A stretch of 64,000 bases of DNA, from contig NC_134473.1 of assembly GCF_964194025.1 (NCBI RefSeq), positions 5,332,001-5,396,000 on the forward strand, in the 5' to 3' direction. This DNA is from Convolutriloba macropyga (Eukaryota). The translations under genes and the position numbers were made by a program. The notes beneath the pieces were generated by a model that worked only from the letters and a program-made list of their open reading frames with translations, had not been told where the DNA came from and made no database searches. This document shows, in pieces, positions 48,200 through 59,629 of this stretch (position 1 is its first letter; each line of letters opens with the position of its first letter).

Positions 48200-49039
48200 T
48201 TATACTAAAAACTTGTCAACATAGCCTGTATCAGAAAGCTCATCCTTCGTTTTCTTGTCGAACTCGTCGATTATCTCCTTGCTCAGTTTCTTCTCATATG
48301 ACTTCGATTGTCCTTGGCCAATGAAAGAGTCAAATATCTGAATTCGATTTGCCATGCTCTCAATAGACGTTGCCTTCTTTATATCAGCCAGTTTCTCATC
48401 AGAAGGCTCGAATCCCAGAAACTTGCCCAGGTTCCTCACGTTTGTTTCAAAGTCGACTAACAGCTCTTCATAAAACATAAAGAAACAAAGTTCTGGGTTG
48501 CTGTTGATATGCTTAAACCACTCTTTGCACCATTGCCAGTAATCACCATAGTTGACAGTTCCTGATAAAAAATCCTGTACGAATGAATCAAAGCTTTCCG
48601 GTGGATCGATTCGCTTGTTAGAATGGTAAAATTTGTGAAAGCTTATCACGGCGTCTTTAGGGTTCCGAAATACAAAGACGCATTTCCTTTTCTTCTCAAT
48701 AATTTCTTTAGGGGCCGCCTGGACTGGCAAATGCGTCTTGAAGAATCTTGGAGACGATTGACGGGCAACTCTCACATCCACTGGCTCAGAAAAGAAATGA
48801 GAAACAAGTTCCAAGAACGTAAAATGATGGGCCAGTTGTTCGCCGTCAGTTACTGTTTTCAGGAACTCGGTGTCATGTTTGAGAGCTAGCATGATATTCT
48901 GCGTCCAGGTGGTACCAGTCCGAGGATACGAAAGGAGAAAAACATCATCATCTCGTGTTTCCAGATTATATGTACGCCCTATAGTGTCCTCAGTATGACT
49001 TCTCGTAGTTTGAAAGTATGTACCCCGGATCAAAACCAT
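48200..49039 (-). CDS. cytosolic sulfotransferase (SULT family), intronless
   Basis: SYPRTGTTW (5'-PSB loop), FKTHLP (catalytic His), RNPKDAVISF (3'-PB), YGDYW, YEEL. Confidence 0.93.
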   Translation of the reverse strand: MVLIRGTYFQTTRSHTEDTIGRTYNLETRDDDVFLLSYPRTGTTWTQNIMLALKHDTEFLKTVTDGEQLAHHFTFLELVSHFFSEPVDVRVARQSSPRFFKTHLPVQAAPKEIIEKKRKCVFVFRNPKDAVISFHKFYHSNKRIDPPESFDSFVQDFLSGTVNYGDYWQWCKEWFKHINSNPELCFFMFYEELLVDFETNVRNLGKFLGFEPSDEKLADIKKATSIESMANRIQIFDSFIGQGQSKSYEKKLSKEIIDEFDKKTKDELSDTGYVDKFLV

Positions 49040-49094
49040 TTTGTCTAAAAATTTATTGTTGATTGTAGTTAAACTTTAAATAAGACGGCCCCAT

Positions 49095-49440
49095 AAAATT
49101 GTAGAGGGTACTAACCATAGGCTCTTTCGATCTACCAGCAACTGGCAAAACTTAGACGAAGCTCTAAAATTCAACAAAAACATATGGCGAAAAATTCAAT
49201 ATCCGGAAAATTGGTCGACAGGCATTGTAAAATCAGACAATCGGAAAAATTTTAGGTGACTAAAAAAACCTCAAAAAGAAAAGAGGAATGCGAGTCAAAC
49301 AATAAGCTGAAGCAGAATGACACACCCACACTTTTCTTACAATATAGAGGCCAATTAAGCATTAGACTTACAGAAAAGCTACAAAAGATAAACCATCTTA
49401 CAGTGATCTACAAAACACGGAAACTATAAACCTAGTTGAG
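49095..49440 (+). mobile_element. short Penelope-like fragment (RT thumb/linker region)
   Basis: Translates IVEGTNHRLFRSTSNWQNLDEALK..QYPENWSTGIV and PTLFLQYRG..YKTRKL, homologous to VQGTVHSIFNAT..QYP of the PLE at 51051-51248. Confidence 0.7.
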
Positions 49441-50199
49441 ACCAAAAAATTGTTCACCCCCTTTTGGGAAGGGAAAACCTGAGCAACACGAGGTTATAGC
49501 AAACGGTTAGGGTAACCTATAAGCTATCCATGGACCCATGAACGTTATGGCATCATACCCACAGTTGTGGCTATTAGCACTTTTATGATGCAAAATTGGC
49601 ATTTTTTGATAGTTTGTCAACTATTAATTTTTTTGATATATTGTCATTTATGAAATTTGTGAAATTGTTTATTTTATGATAATTTAGTTCATTAGAGCTC
49701 TAAATGACTCAAACCCTACATTTGAGTCATTCAGAGCTACGTAATAACCATCGCTGCTAATGTCAACAAAAGCAAACATTGCAGTAATTTGACATTTACT
49801 ACGTAAACAGATAATTAAAGACCTTTACCTAATTAAACAAAAAGAAACAAATGATAACGATGTCATAATTGAAATGTACCTGATTTTTCACCCGAATCGT
49901 TTGAATAGTAAAATCATTTTGTTTTTAGAGCCATTGGAAACTGTTACCCATAGCTGTTGGCTCTCAGATTAGAATATAACTTGGTTCTTTAATAATTGTA
50001 GTGTTTTATGATAAATTTTGCTAGATATTAAAGTTATTTAATTTCTAATTTACTTAAGTTTTCATGACAAGACTTAAGAAACATTACTAACACTGGCTTA
50101 AGCTTTATACACTTCAGCGCGTAATTGAACATGGATTATCACAATAGGATTTTCTTTTCTTCATTCAAAATGAAATTACATTAGAGCAGAAGTAATTGT

Positions 50200-52780
50200 C
50201 AATTAAAACATGAATTGATTTAAAACACGAACGTTTTCGAACATTGCGTTCATCGTCAGGTTTAAAAACGAAGTATATAATTTTGCTTTGACTCTAATTC
50301 TAAGAAATAAATTGAACTAAAATCGAATTTCTGAAATCATCTACAGTTAAAATTGCATTTCAATCATTTTATTTACACTTATTACACTAAAATCATTTGC
50401 ATTTTTATTCTGGAGTTTTTGAAAATCCCGGGTACAATGCTTTATATTCCGGAGAAAGGATTTTCACTTTCATTCCTATCTGCTTTTAATTTTTATTTGT
50501 TGGGGGTGACAAAGTTTCGAATTAACATGTATCAGAATAGTTTTTGAATTCTAAAAGTCAAATTGTTGCATTTGAACTAATACTTCAATGTCAATTCCCG
50601 CCTCGCCAATTGATTGCGGTTTCAGCTCTTTGATGCAGATCGCTTCTGTCGTCATTAGTTTTTCAACCCCGCGACATGTATCAAGAATCTCCCATTCAGT
50701 ATTATGCGCTGTACCACAACATTCAACGAGGTGTTGTCCCTCAGGGGAATCCTTCTTTTGATGCTCTGTAGTTCTAGTGGCAACATGTCGGCAGGTTTGG
50801 CCAACATAGATGGAACTGCAGCCATTACATGTAACTTTATATACCACATTGGATTTCATATTCTTATCAAAAGATGATTTCAGGGTGGGCAAGCAAGTTC
50901 TTAGCTTTCTTGATGTGAAAATGATTTAAATATCACACAATTTTTTTCAGTATACTTGCAAAATTTTGAGTAATATTTTCTCTCTATTGAACAAAAAACC
51001 TCAGTTTAGGTTCCCTATTGTTAAGATTTTTTACTTTTCTGAGATGTTGTTCAATTTGGGGGGAGGGGATTTGTTGTGACCTTTTCCCTCGTGACTATTA
51101 TATCCAACGTCCCGTTAACAATACTAGAGCACCGCTCAGTTGGATATTGATTTTCTGTCCCAATCTCCTGACTTTTCTTGAGAGCTACATTAAAGGATTG
51201 CCAGTAACCGGTCGCATTGAAAATACTATGCACAGTCCCTTGAACCACATTTTTCTTATGTCGTAATGGTGCACAGCTACGGAAATTTAGGACTATTCCA
51301 GTATCAGTGGATTATGATACCAATGACAGCTAATTTTTCGATCTTAGTTCAAGTTTATGTTTAGATCTAGAAATGCCAAGTCTCCACTACCGTTTGGTGT
51401 CTCAAGAATGAATTGTAACTTCTTGTGAGGAAAATTTGCATACTCAAGGTGATCTAGAGGGTTCCCCTTGACCGTGCATACTATATCATCTACATCCTTT
51501 CTGAATAAACTCAATTCCTGTGTGTCCTCTTTTGTGTTTTATTCCGCACATTAGGAACAGGTCCAAACAATGTTCTGCATGGTCACATACTCTGTGTTAG
51601 TGATGTCTTGGCTTTTTGCATGAAACCAGTTTTTGCATGGTTCGCACTCGACCCCTTTCCCTCAGAAAGTAACGCGTCGGTTACAGTCATTTCATATCAC
51701 CTTTTTGTGAGGAGTATTGTTCTCCCTTCCCTCATTTGGTTTCTGTAGGCATTCTTCAAAATATTTCATCCATAAATTTGCCAAAATTACCGCCAGCGAA
51801 GCACCCATTGCTAAACCGTCCAATTGAGTGTACCACATTTTATTACCCTTAGAGTGAACATTAGCTACGGCTAGTCTCAAAAGGCTCTTTATTGCTGACC
51901 TCGGAATCTCAGGTACCTCGTCAGTGGAGTACAGTTATTTAAGCTCAATTTCAATTGCCTCCTCAATCGGTACATTTGTGTAAAATCTTTTAACATCGAA
52001 AGATACAACTAGCTCATCTCCATCCAATTTGATGGCCTCTAGATCGGCTCTGGCATATTTCGATTTAGTTTCAATATTTGCATCCGGTAACCTCTCAAAA
52101 AAGGGAGAGAGAAATTTATTGAGGTTCTCGTAACTGCTACCAGGTATTGACAGAAGAAGCCGAAGCAGCGTACTGCTTTTATGAACTTTAGCAAGTCCAT
52201 AAGGCCTGGTCGGTTATAATCCAGTTGCCCTCAGCCGTTGATAAATTTTTTCACTTATCTTTCCCTGTTTAATTAATTAGTGCAAACTGCAATTTATCAG
52301 TTTCTCCGTTTTATTTTTGGATCAGCACTTTCTCCATTACGAAATTCAAACTGACTAGAACTGAGGATTTCATTTAGTTTTTCCGAGTATGTTGTCTGTT
52401 TCATAAACAAAAACAGCAACCACTATCAAATGGTATAGCTAGTAGTTTTTGATCTTTCAAAAAGTCATTAGCTTCTTTAACCCTTGTATCCATTGGTGTC
52501 TCACGTAATTTCCTGACGTACCATTTGTCAGACAATTTTATTTCACATAACTTATCACCATCAGTGTTGTTCTCCCTTAACTCACAAACTAGTCTTTCTA
52601 CATCCGCAAGGGAGTGCACTTCATTAAATTTGTCCCTGACCGGATGCTTTGGACCTCATGATAAGACGTCCAGGACAACTTTGGCAGTTCAGTTCCGTCC
52701 AGTGTAACAACATCATTATGAGATCCATTCCGCAAAGGCCTGTCCTGTCTCACAGACAGTCCTTCAATGAGTCCGAACGA
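50200..52780 (-). mobile_element. Penelope-like retroelement (RT with internal PHD finger + C-terminal GIY-YIG), 5'-truncated, decayed
   Basis: GPKHP, IPFDSG (DKG motif), YGLAKVHK, SFDVKRFYTNVP, QLDGLAMGASLA, DVDD, AFLD, VVYKVTCNGC..YVGQT..R..EH; ORF ends RELTLKY* at ~50577. Confidence 0.93.
50215..50268 (-). ncRNA. minimal type I hammerhead ribozyme motif in the PLE 3' region
   Basis: TTTAAAC-CTGACGA-T-GAAC gcaat GTTC-GAA-AACGTT-C-GTGTTTTAAA: CUGANGA and GAAA core, 4-bp stem II, palindromic stem III, UC cleavage site; stem I imperfect. Confidence 0.7.
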
Positions 52781-55700
52781 TTGGTTTCTTCTACAAGAAT
52801 ATTAGACAATCGGATTCACTGAAGAACCAGGCCGGCAAAGATCTCGAAAAACGGGCTGTGATATTCGTTACAGCCGAGATTTTTGAGCAGCAACATTTGA
52901 TTTGCTGACCCAGACAACAACACGAGCAGTAACGAATCTTCAATTCAATTTCGTGTACTAAAACAAAATGCTTGCTATGGCTGGAGAGAGCCCCGAAAGA
53001 TATTTGAAAACGACTGAATGCAACATTTCAGTCCCATTCCGGAGATTAGAAAATGAGCAAATTGGATTGTTCAAAAAATTGGTTTTGTCCGGACATACGA
53101 TGATTTGGAAAAAAAATTGACGCCAAAAGCGGCAAATTTGGAACCAAAATTATTTGAAGAATTTCGATGCTGACACAGAACGCGATATGGGCGAAAAGAA
53201 GAAGACACTCAAATGGCTAGTTGAACAAATACTAAAACTTGGAAAAACTGAAAATTATCGCAGCTGCTTTTTCAACAATCGAAAAGACACTTTGCTATTC
53301 TAAACAATAGCCGAAAAATACACATGGCTTTACAGTGAAGCAACTCGAGGAAGATCTGGAACTGAAAATTAAGACGACTCCTGCAAGCAAGCATTGCGTA
53401 GCAAACTGGAACAGCTGTTAATGAAATTAGATTCAACTAACGAATAAATCATACAAATTGTGCATTCAGACACTACTACGGTCTGGTTGACGACTTTAAG
53501 TGAGAATAATTATTATTGTCGACTTATGCTAAAACAGTACCTGCAAACCTGCAAACCTGCAAAAGGAAATCAAATATTGCTGTTGTCATCAATATCGGCT
53601 GTTGTTAAAAACCTATATGAGACTTTAATTGAGTCAAGAAATGGAGCAAAAAGAATTGTCGAAGACAATGTTGAGGTCTCTTCTAGGCATTCTGCTACAC
53701 AGGGAAGCAAAAAAGAACCCAGTCAACTCGCGATCGTCCAGAAGGCAACAGATTGACAAAATGGCGCTTGAAAACCTAAGAGCTGAAAAACAGCTAAAAC
53801 CGAGAGCTAAAATCGGGAGCGTTAGTTGGAGTTTGAACATAAGCGTGAAGAAGTAGAACTACGTTGTCGGCGAAAATAATTACATTTACGGCAAAAACAT
53901 CATCAACAACAACAACAACAGAAATTACGTCTAATGTTGAAACAAGAAGAAGACAAACTACGTCTGCGACACCAAAAGTGAGCCTCTGAAAATGACTAAA
54001 GAAAACTCAAGCCGATGAAGAGCGAGGGCTTCTGGAAATTGAACAAAAAAAAATTCAGGAGCATCTGTGTTGCAGGCAGACGACTTAGAAGGAGTTGGAT
54101 TAAAATAACGGCAGGCAGTCAGATTCAGTGGCCCATCAGGTTGGCCCTAGACGGCCAATATCTTCTATTGCTGCGACTCATCCTCCTAAGAATTCCACAC
54201 ATGACAGAGATGAAAAACCTTTCAGCGTCTTCCAGAAAACTACCCCCATTGTTCCAACCCGTTGTAGGACATTTCTCAACGCAAATTCCTAAATCAATTA
54301 GGACGACTCAACCGCAAACGCATTTGCCCTTGACGACGTTCCAGCAATAAGGCACGTCAGCATTTCAAAACAAATACAGAAGCCAGAGTCCCAAGCACAA
54401 CTCTCGTCCTTTAGCATCTAATGTTGAAGATTCTACAAAATTAAAAGATTCAGAATGTCCATTCAAAAATTGACTGCACGCCATCTGGTGTTGCAAAAAA
54501 ACTAAAACAATTAACTGAATGAACAACGAGAACATGTGCAGAAGTTCAGATTTTGTTTCAAGTGTCTGGGACCTGGTCATCGATCAAGGACTTGCAAAAG
54601 TAGAACTTGCAGTAAACCCATTTATGGACGGCGACAATTTTTTGCACTGTGACTTCTCTAAGAAAGAGGCTACGACAAGTGCTTCAGTTTCTACGACAGC
54701 TGTAGCGGCAATCATCACACGAGGAGGACTCCCTGTGGCGCTCATCGAATTACTTTATGGTAGCCGCACCTCCCCGTACTAGCAATGTGTGATACATGAT
54801 CCTCATTTGTCTTGTAGGTAAGTCAATCGTATCTACACTGCAACTGCAAGGCCGAAAAGCGTCTTTGTCAGTAGCAGGAATCCATGAATCGAAAGATGTC
54901 AAGAGTAAAATAGTACCGATAGTTCGACCATTGACAACATTCCAATTTTTTTTGTTCATGAAAACCTGAAATTGGGATCTGCAAGGGTTGAAAGATTGCT
55001 ACTCACTTTGAGGATTTTGTCAAATCAGAGCTACAATCTGAACAAATTTCAATTTATTCTTTGACAAGACTGTTATAACATCCCTTACCCATTAGATTTC
55101 AAATTCAGACAATAAACTTTCACCGTTTGCAGTGAAATTGAAACTAGGATGGGCGTCCTCTACCAGTGAAGCAAGCAGCAACGCCTGCTACAACAGCAAC
55201 GTTAACCGCAGAAGACAAGTGACAAAGCTAGTTGATTAGATGTTGGAACATTAAATCCTATGCCTCAAACTGTGATGTCACAGGTCAATGGAAAGATGAA
55301 GAGAGAGTAATCAAACAGTAGAGCAAACAATTCAATTCATCGATTAATCCGATACAAGTGACAATGAGACAATGATGTTATAAATTTTTTACCTGATTAT
55401 TTACTTTAATCGAATTGTTTGAATAGTGCAACCATTTTATATCTAGAACCATAAGAAACTGTTACCAAGAGCAGTTGGCTCTAACTTGATTACGCTAGAA
55501 CTTGATTCCTTAGTAATATTATTGTTTTATGCTAAGTTAAGATCTTGCGATTTCTAAGTTAGTTTGTCAATCATGACAAGAATTTATTAACTTGACTAAC
55601 ACTGGTTGAAGCCTTACAAACGTCAGCACGAGATTGAACTCAGATTATCACAACGAATTTCCTTAATTTCAAAATTGAAGTTACAGGCCTCTAATACGTA

Positions 55701-56679
55701 CGAGAGAATAATTGTTTCTATGAGATTATTAGACAATTGGAATCAGTGAAGAACCAGGCCGGCATAGAGCCTGAGAGCCAGGTTCTGATGTACTGGATGC
55801 CATTCTGTCTATGTCGGATACACTTTCAGACACATAACCACGCGAATGGCAGAACATCAATTAAAGTATTCAACGGTAGGCTAGTATGTAAGCCAATGTT
55901 GTGGCACATCACGCGCGTTTGATTGCCGTATAATGAGCCAGTGCAACGCGAAAAAAGTTTTGACTCTCGAAACAAAATATATAGCACAAACGAGGCCACT
56001 GCTGAACACATGTAATTGGTACCGAAGCCAAGAGTTGACATAGAAATACTAGTTAGCAGTTGTCACTTTATTCAATTCGAAAAAAATACTTTAGCGAATC
56101 AAAACCTTGAAATGTTCCAAAATGTTACCGAAACGGTAGAATTCAAATGCTATGCGAAAATCAAAAATTGAAAGATTCAAAGATGTTGATAAGAAAATCG
56201 AAAACGCATTGGAAAAAGAAATTACAGAAACTTTGTTTTTATGATAAACAATATTCCAAGAACCTCTTACTTTACAAATTTGCTTTTTAATTGAATTTGA
56301 TTCATTTCAATTGGAAATAGATTAAATTTTGTTGCGTTTGACTTGATGACGCTAGTTATAGCGGATATGTTTGTAAATTAAATTTAAAATTGACTTAAAT
56401 TTTTAAAAAAAATTAGACTATCAAAATACAATTTAACTGCCTAACAAGTAGATCATTAGTGCAAATCAGGAAATCATAATTAGTATATTAGTATATTAGT
56501 GCAAGTGCAAATTATCAACAGCATGGGCGAACAAAAAAGTCTTTTGCTAAGATCACAGGTAACCGAAATACCTCAATACTTCTTTTTTCAACACAACAGC
56601 TAGAAAAAGGAACAATCGATTTTGATCTCTGCGAATACTAAACATCGAAACAACAAACATGAAGGATTTTTTAAAAGAT

Positions 56680-56870
56680 ATTTATTTACTGTAATTTTTC
56701 AAATATTTACTTTGATTTTTTATATATGAATAGGGATTTAACTTAATATGAATAGGAATTTAACTATTCATAGGAATTTAACTATGATTAGGAATTTAAC
56801 TATTTACTGTGATATTTCAAATATTTACTGTGATTTTTTAATTATGAATAGGACTTTAACTATTTATTTT
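56680..56870. repeat. compound minisatellite (18-bp units with TAGGAATTTAACT core, plus ATTTACTGTGAT units)
   Basis: About five TAGGAATTTAACT-like units interleaved with four ATTTACT(G/T)T(A/G)AT units. Confidence 0.8.
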
Positions 56871-57289
56871 CGACAATTTTTTAATTGCAAAAAAATTATA
56901 AAGCCAAGCAATGTTTTTTTCGTTTTAAAACGTCTCATATGTGAATTTTTTGCGTTTACGCCGTTTGATTAAAACAGAAAATGCTTGTATATATTATACA
57001 TTTATTGAAAATAAAGCATCTTTTCGTTTTCATATTCATTACGCTTTCAATTATAATCTTCAATATTTCGCCCGTATTGAGTAATCCATATTTAAGAATT
57101 TTTTGTTCAGTTTTTATAAAAATTACAAGGCCTTAGTTTAATGCCAGAAGTTCATTTGAGTTGGGACTACCATTGCCTATCGAGCTCTGGTAAAATTTGG
57201 AAGAAGTGAATATGTATATTTGGTTTCCATATCAGTGTTCAGAAAAAAAAACTACGGTTTTATTTGAAGGAGGAAGTGATTTAAAATTA

Positions 57290-58930
57290 ATTCTTATTTT
57301 AGAAACAAACTTTTTCGAGCTTTAAAATCATCGCCAGGTTAAAACTGTTACCCTAATTGTAGAGGGTAGGGATAAAATGAAAATGTATTTTCTGATACCA
57401 TAATTTAAACAATTCTAAGGAAAATCTAAAAATCTTCAAATCGAAAAGTTTCATATACATAATATTTACATTTTCATTTTTAAATCATTTATCTTTTTTA
57501 AGAAATTTTCTTTCCTGGTTTTTTATTTTAGTTATGTTATTGTATTTCTAGGGTAACTCAGAAATTTGTCCTAACCCTAAGCTTTCCTCTTGTACAGATT
57601 TTGCAGGTTTCGTTCAACAATGCGGAAAAAAATTTTTGCTTTATTGTTTTAGATCAACATCCAATACATATCACGTATCACGTGAGACTAGAGATATTTG
57701 TCTCAAGGTAATTTTAGGTCGGTGAGGCACATTAATAATTTTTGCGTTGTGAATTTATTTCGCAATCCATATAAATTTTTCAGTGTGCTAGCAAAACTTT
57801 GCGTTTAGTTGCCTCTCTATTGTAGCAAAATTGTTGGTTTTCATGAGATCTAGTCTGGTTTTTCTGAAGGTCTTTGTTTCTTGTACTCAATATATTTTTA
57901 CTTCCAATTATTATCTTCTATAAATTCTTGTTCACTGTTTACAAAGACTATTCATAAGACTATTGCTTTTTGGTTACCCAGTTCATGTTTTCTTTCATGC
58001 ACCAGATCGAAGGCTAATCAAATAATTGTCGCGTTCGAAAACCGTGTGAACTTTCTCTTAAAACCACTTTTTGCTTCTTTTGAAGAGGTGAGCAGCGGCG
58101 AAAATTCAGTTTTATTCCTGTTTCAGTTGCTTTTGTGTACCAAAAACAGTAAGGTGTATTATCGTTGCTCACCTTTACCAATGACATCAAGCCATATGTC
58201 TTTAACACTTTCTGAAACTTATTGCTTGTTTTTGTGTTACGAAATTGCAAATGTTAAGTATTTGCTCGATTCAGCACTAACTGTGCAAATAATGCAGTCC
58301 ACATTCCTTTTGAACAATCCTTTACTTTAACTTAGTTGTTCATTGCCTTATTAGGTACCAAAAAACAATCATTCTCCATTATAAGGGTATTTTTTTACTT
58401 TTTTTTTTAGCTTTTTGCTAGAAATAGGTTTTTGCTTCACTCGAATTCGATAATTTTTTCTCAGAGACTGACCTATCGGTTGCATTCTTCAATTCTCATT
58501 ACGATCAGCTCTGGAGATTTTTCCACTGAGCTCTAATTTTGACTGGGATGCATCAAAAACTTCATCTATGCGTTTGATAGTTTTGAAGCTAGCGATTCAG
58601 CCAGAGCTGGATTATTCAATTGTACATATCAGATGCCGTTAAGCTTGAGTGGAACATTTGTAAATGCTAACTTTAATACTTTTTCAATTGGGTCTCTTGT
58701 GCCGTGTTGCTTGCGTAGAGTTTATTTGGAGCGATTTGATAAGCCTCTCTATCCGGCACATTGGTATACAAACTCTTGTAGTCAACAGATACTCTTTGCT
58801 TGACATCATCAAGACATAATTGAAAAAGAAGCACTTCTAGCATCTTTTGGGTTGGTTTAAATAGTTGCGTACGTTAGTTTCCGCATAAACGGTGCTAAAA
58901 CTTTTGTATTATTTCTTTAGGTTTGTTGAT
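57290..58930 (-). mobile_element. second, heavily decayed Penelope-like element with the same architecture
   Basis: SVDYKSLYTNVP, QLNNPALAESLASKLSNA*MK, PHD relic ECNR*VSL*EKIIEFE*SKNLFLAKS, GLFKRNVDCIICTV, WYTKATETGIKLNFRRCSPL, CIGC relic of the GIY-YIG region, hammerhead relic at ~57296-57346. Confidence 0.8.
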
Positions 58931-59629
58931 GGCAGGACCTAAATCATTTCTGTGATAAAAAGGAACATTAATTTGAAACTAAATGGGCAACATCAAACAC
59001 TTTTTTTCCTTTCTCACACAAAATATGAGGTTTACTAAATAAACTTTTACTAACGTTTGCAATAAGGTCAAAATTTTTAAGGAAGAAAATTAGCAGCCTC
59101 GCATCTGAAAAAATGACTGTGTTTATTTACAAGTGGAGCAAATTGTGCAGTGTTATTAGTAGCACGAGTGATACACGAGATAATAGTTGTCTCGATTGAC
59201 ACTTCTAGTTTCCAACTGGTTGGCACATTCTTGGCAAATTAATTTTAAGAAAGTAAACATTTGGATGTTTATTATCAATGTTAGCGAGAACATATAGAGA
59301 TCAATGATCCTTGGTTTGTATAAATATTGGATAACTTACCACCTTTAATTGGTTTTTCACTGGGAATTGAATAAAACGCTTTATTTCAAACACCCCTGTT
59401 CAAAACATTCGCAATTTGAAAGCCATTGAGCAGACGTGATCTCATACTGACTTTGTTTGGTGTTTCGAGAATTTTTATGGTCTTCCAAACTGTCATCATA
59501 TTTAATTTTCAAAGGATTTTATAGCAATCTGAATTTCTGGCGTAATTTTTTTTCTAATGTTTTTATAGTCTGTTTTGCTTTGAACTTTCGGAAAAAGGAA
59601 GGCTTCGAATAATTTGTTTCTCCTCTCAT

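Larger units (their letters stand above)
49761..55770 (+). mobile_element. decayed BEL/Pao LTR retrotransposon: diverged LTRs, gag and protease relics, most of pol deleted
   Basis: Diverged direct repeats ~49850-50200 + ~52790-52845 versus ~55363-55770; TGG PBS-like site at 53080; purine tract ~55290-55307; triple knuckle relic CPFKN*LHAIWCC / CFKCLGPGHRSRTC / TCSKP..LH (54455-54650); VLAMCDT*SS protease relic (~54777-54806). Confidence 0.7.

Noticed and set aside
56680-56870. Regular short repeats considered as a CRISPR-like array
   Set aside because: No unique spacers, no cas genes, eukaryotic context
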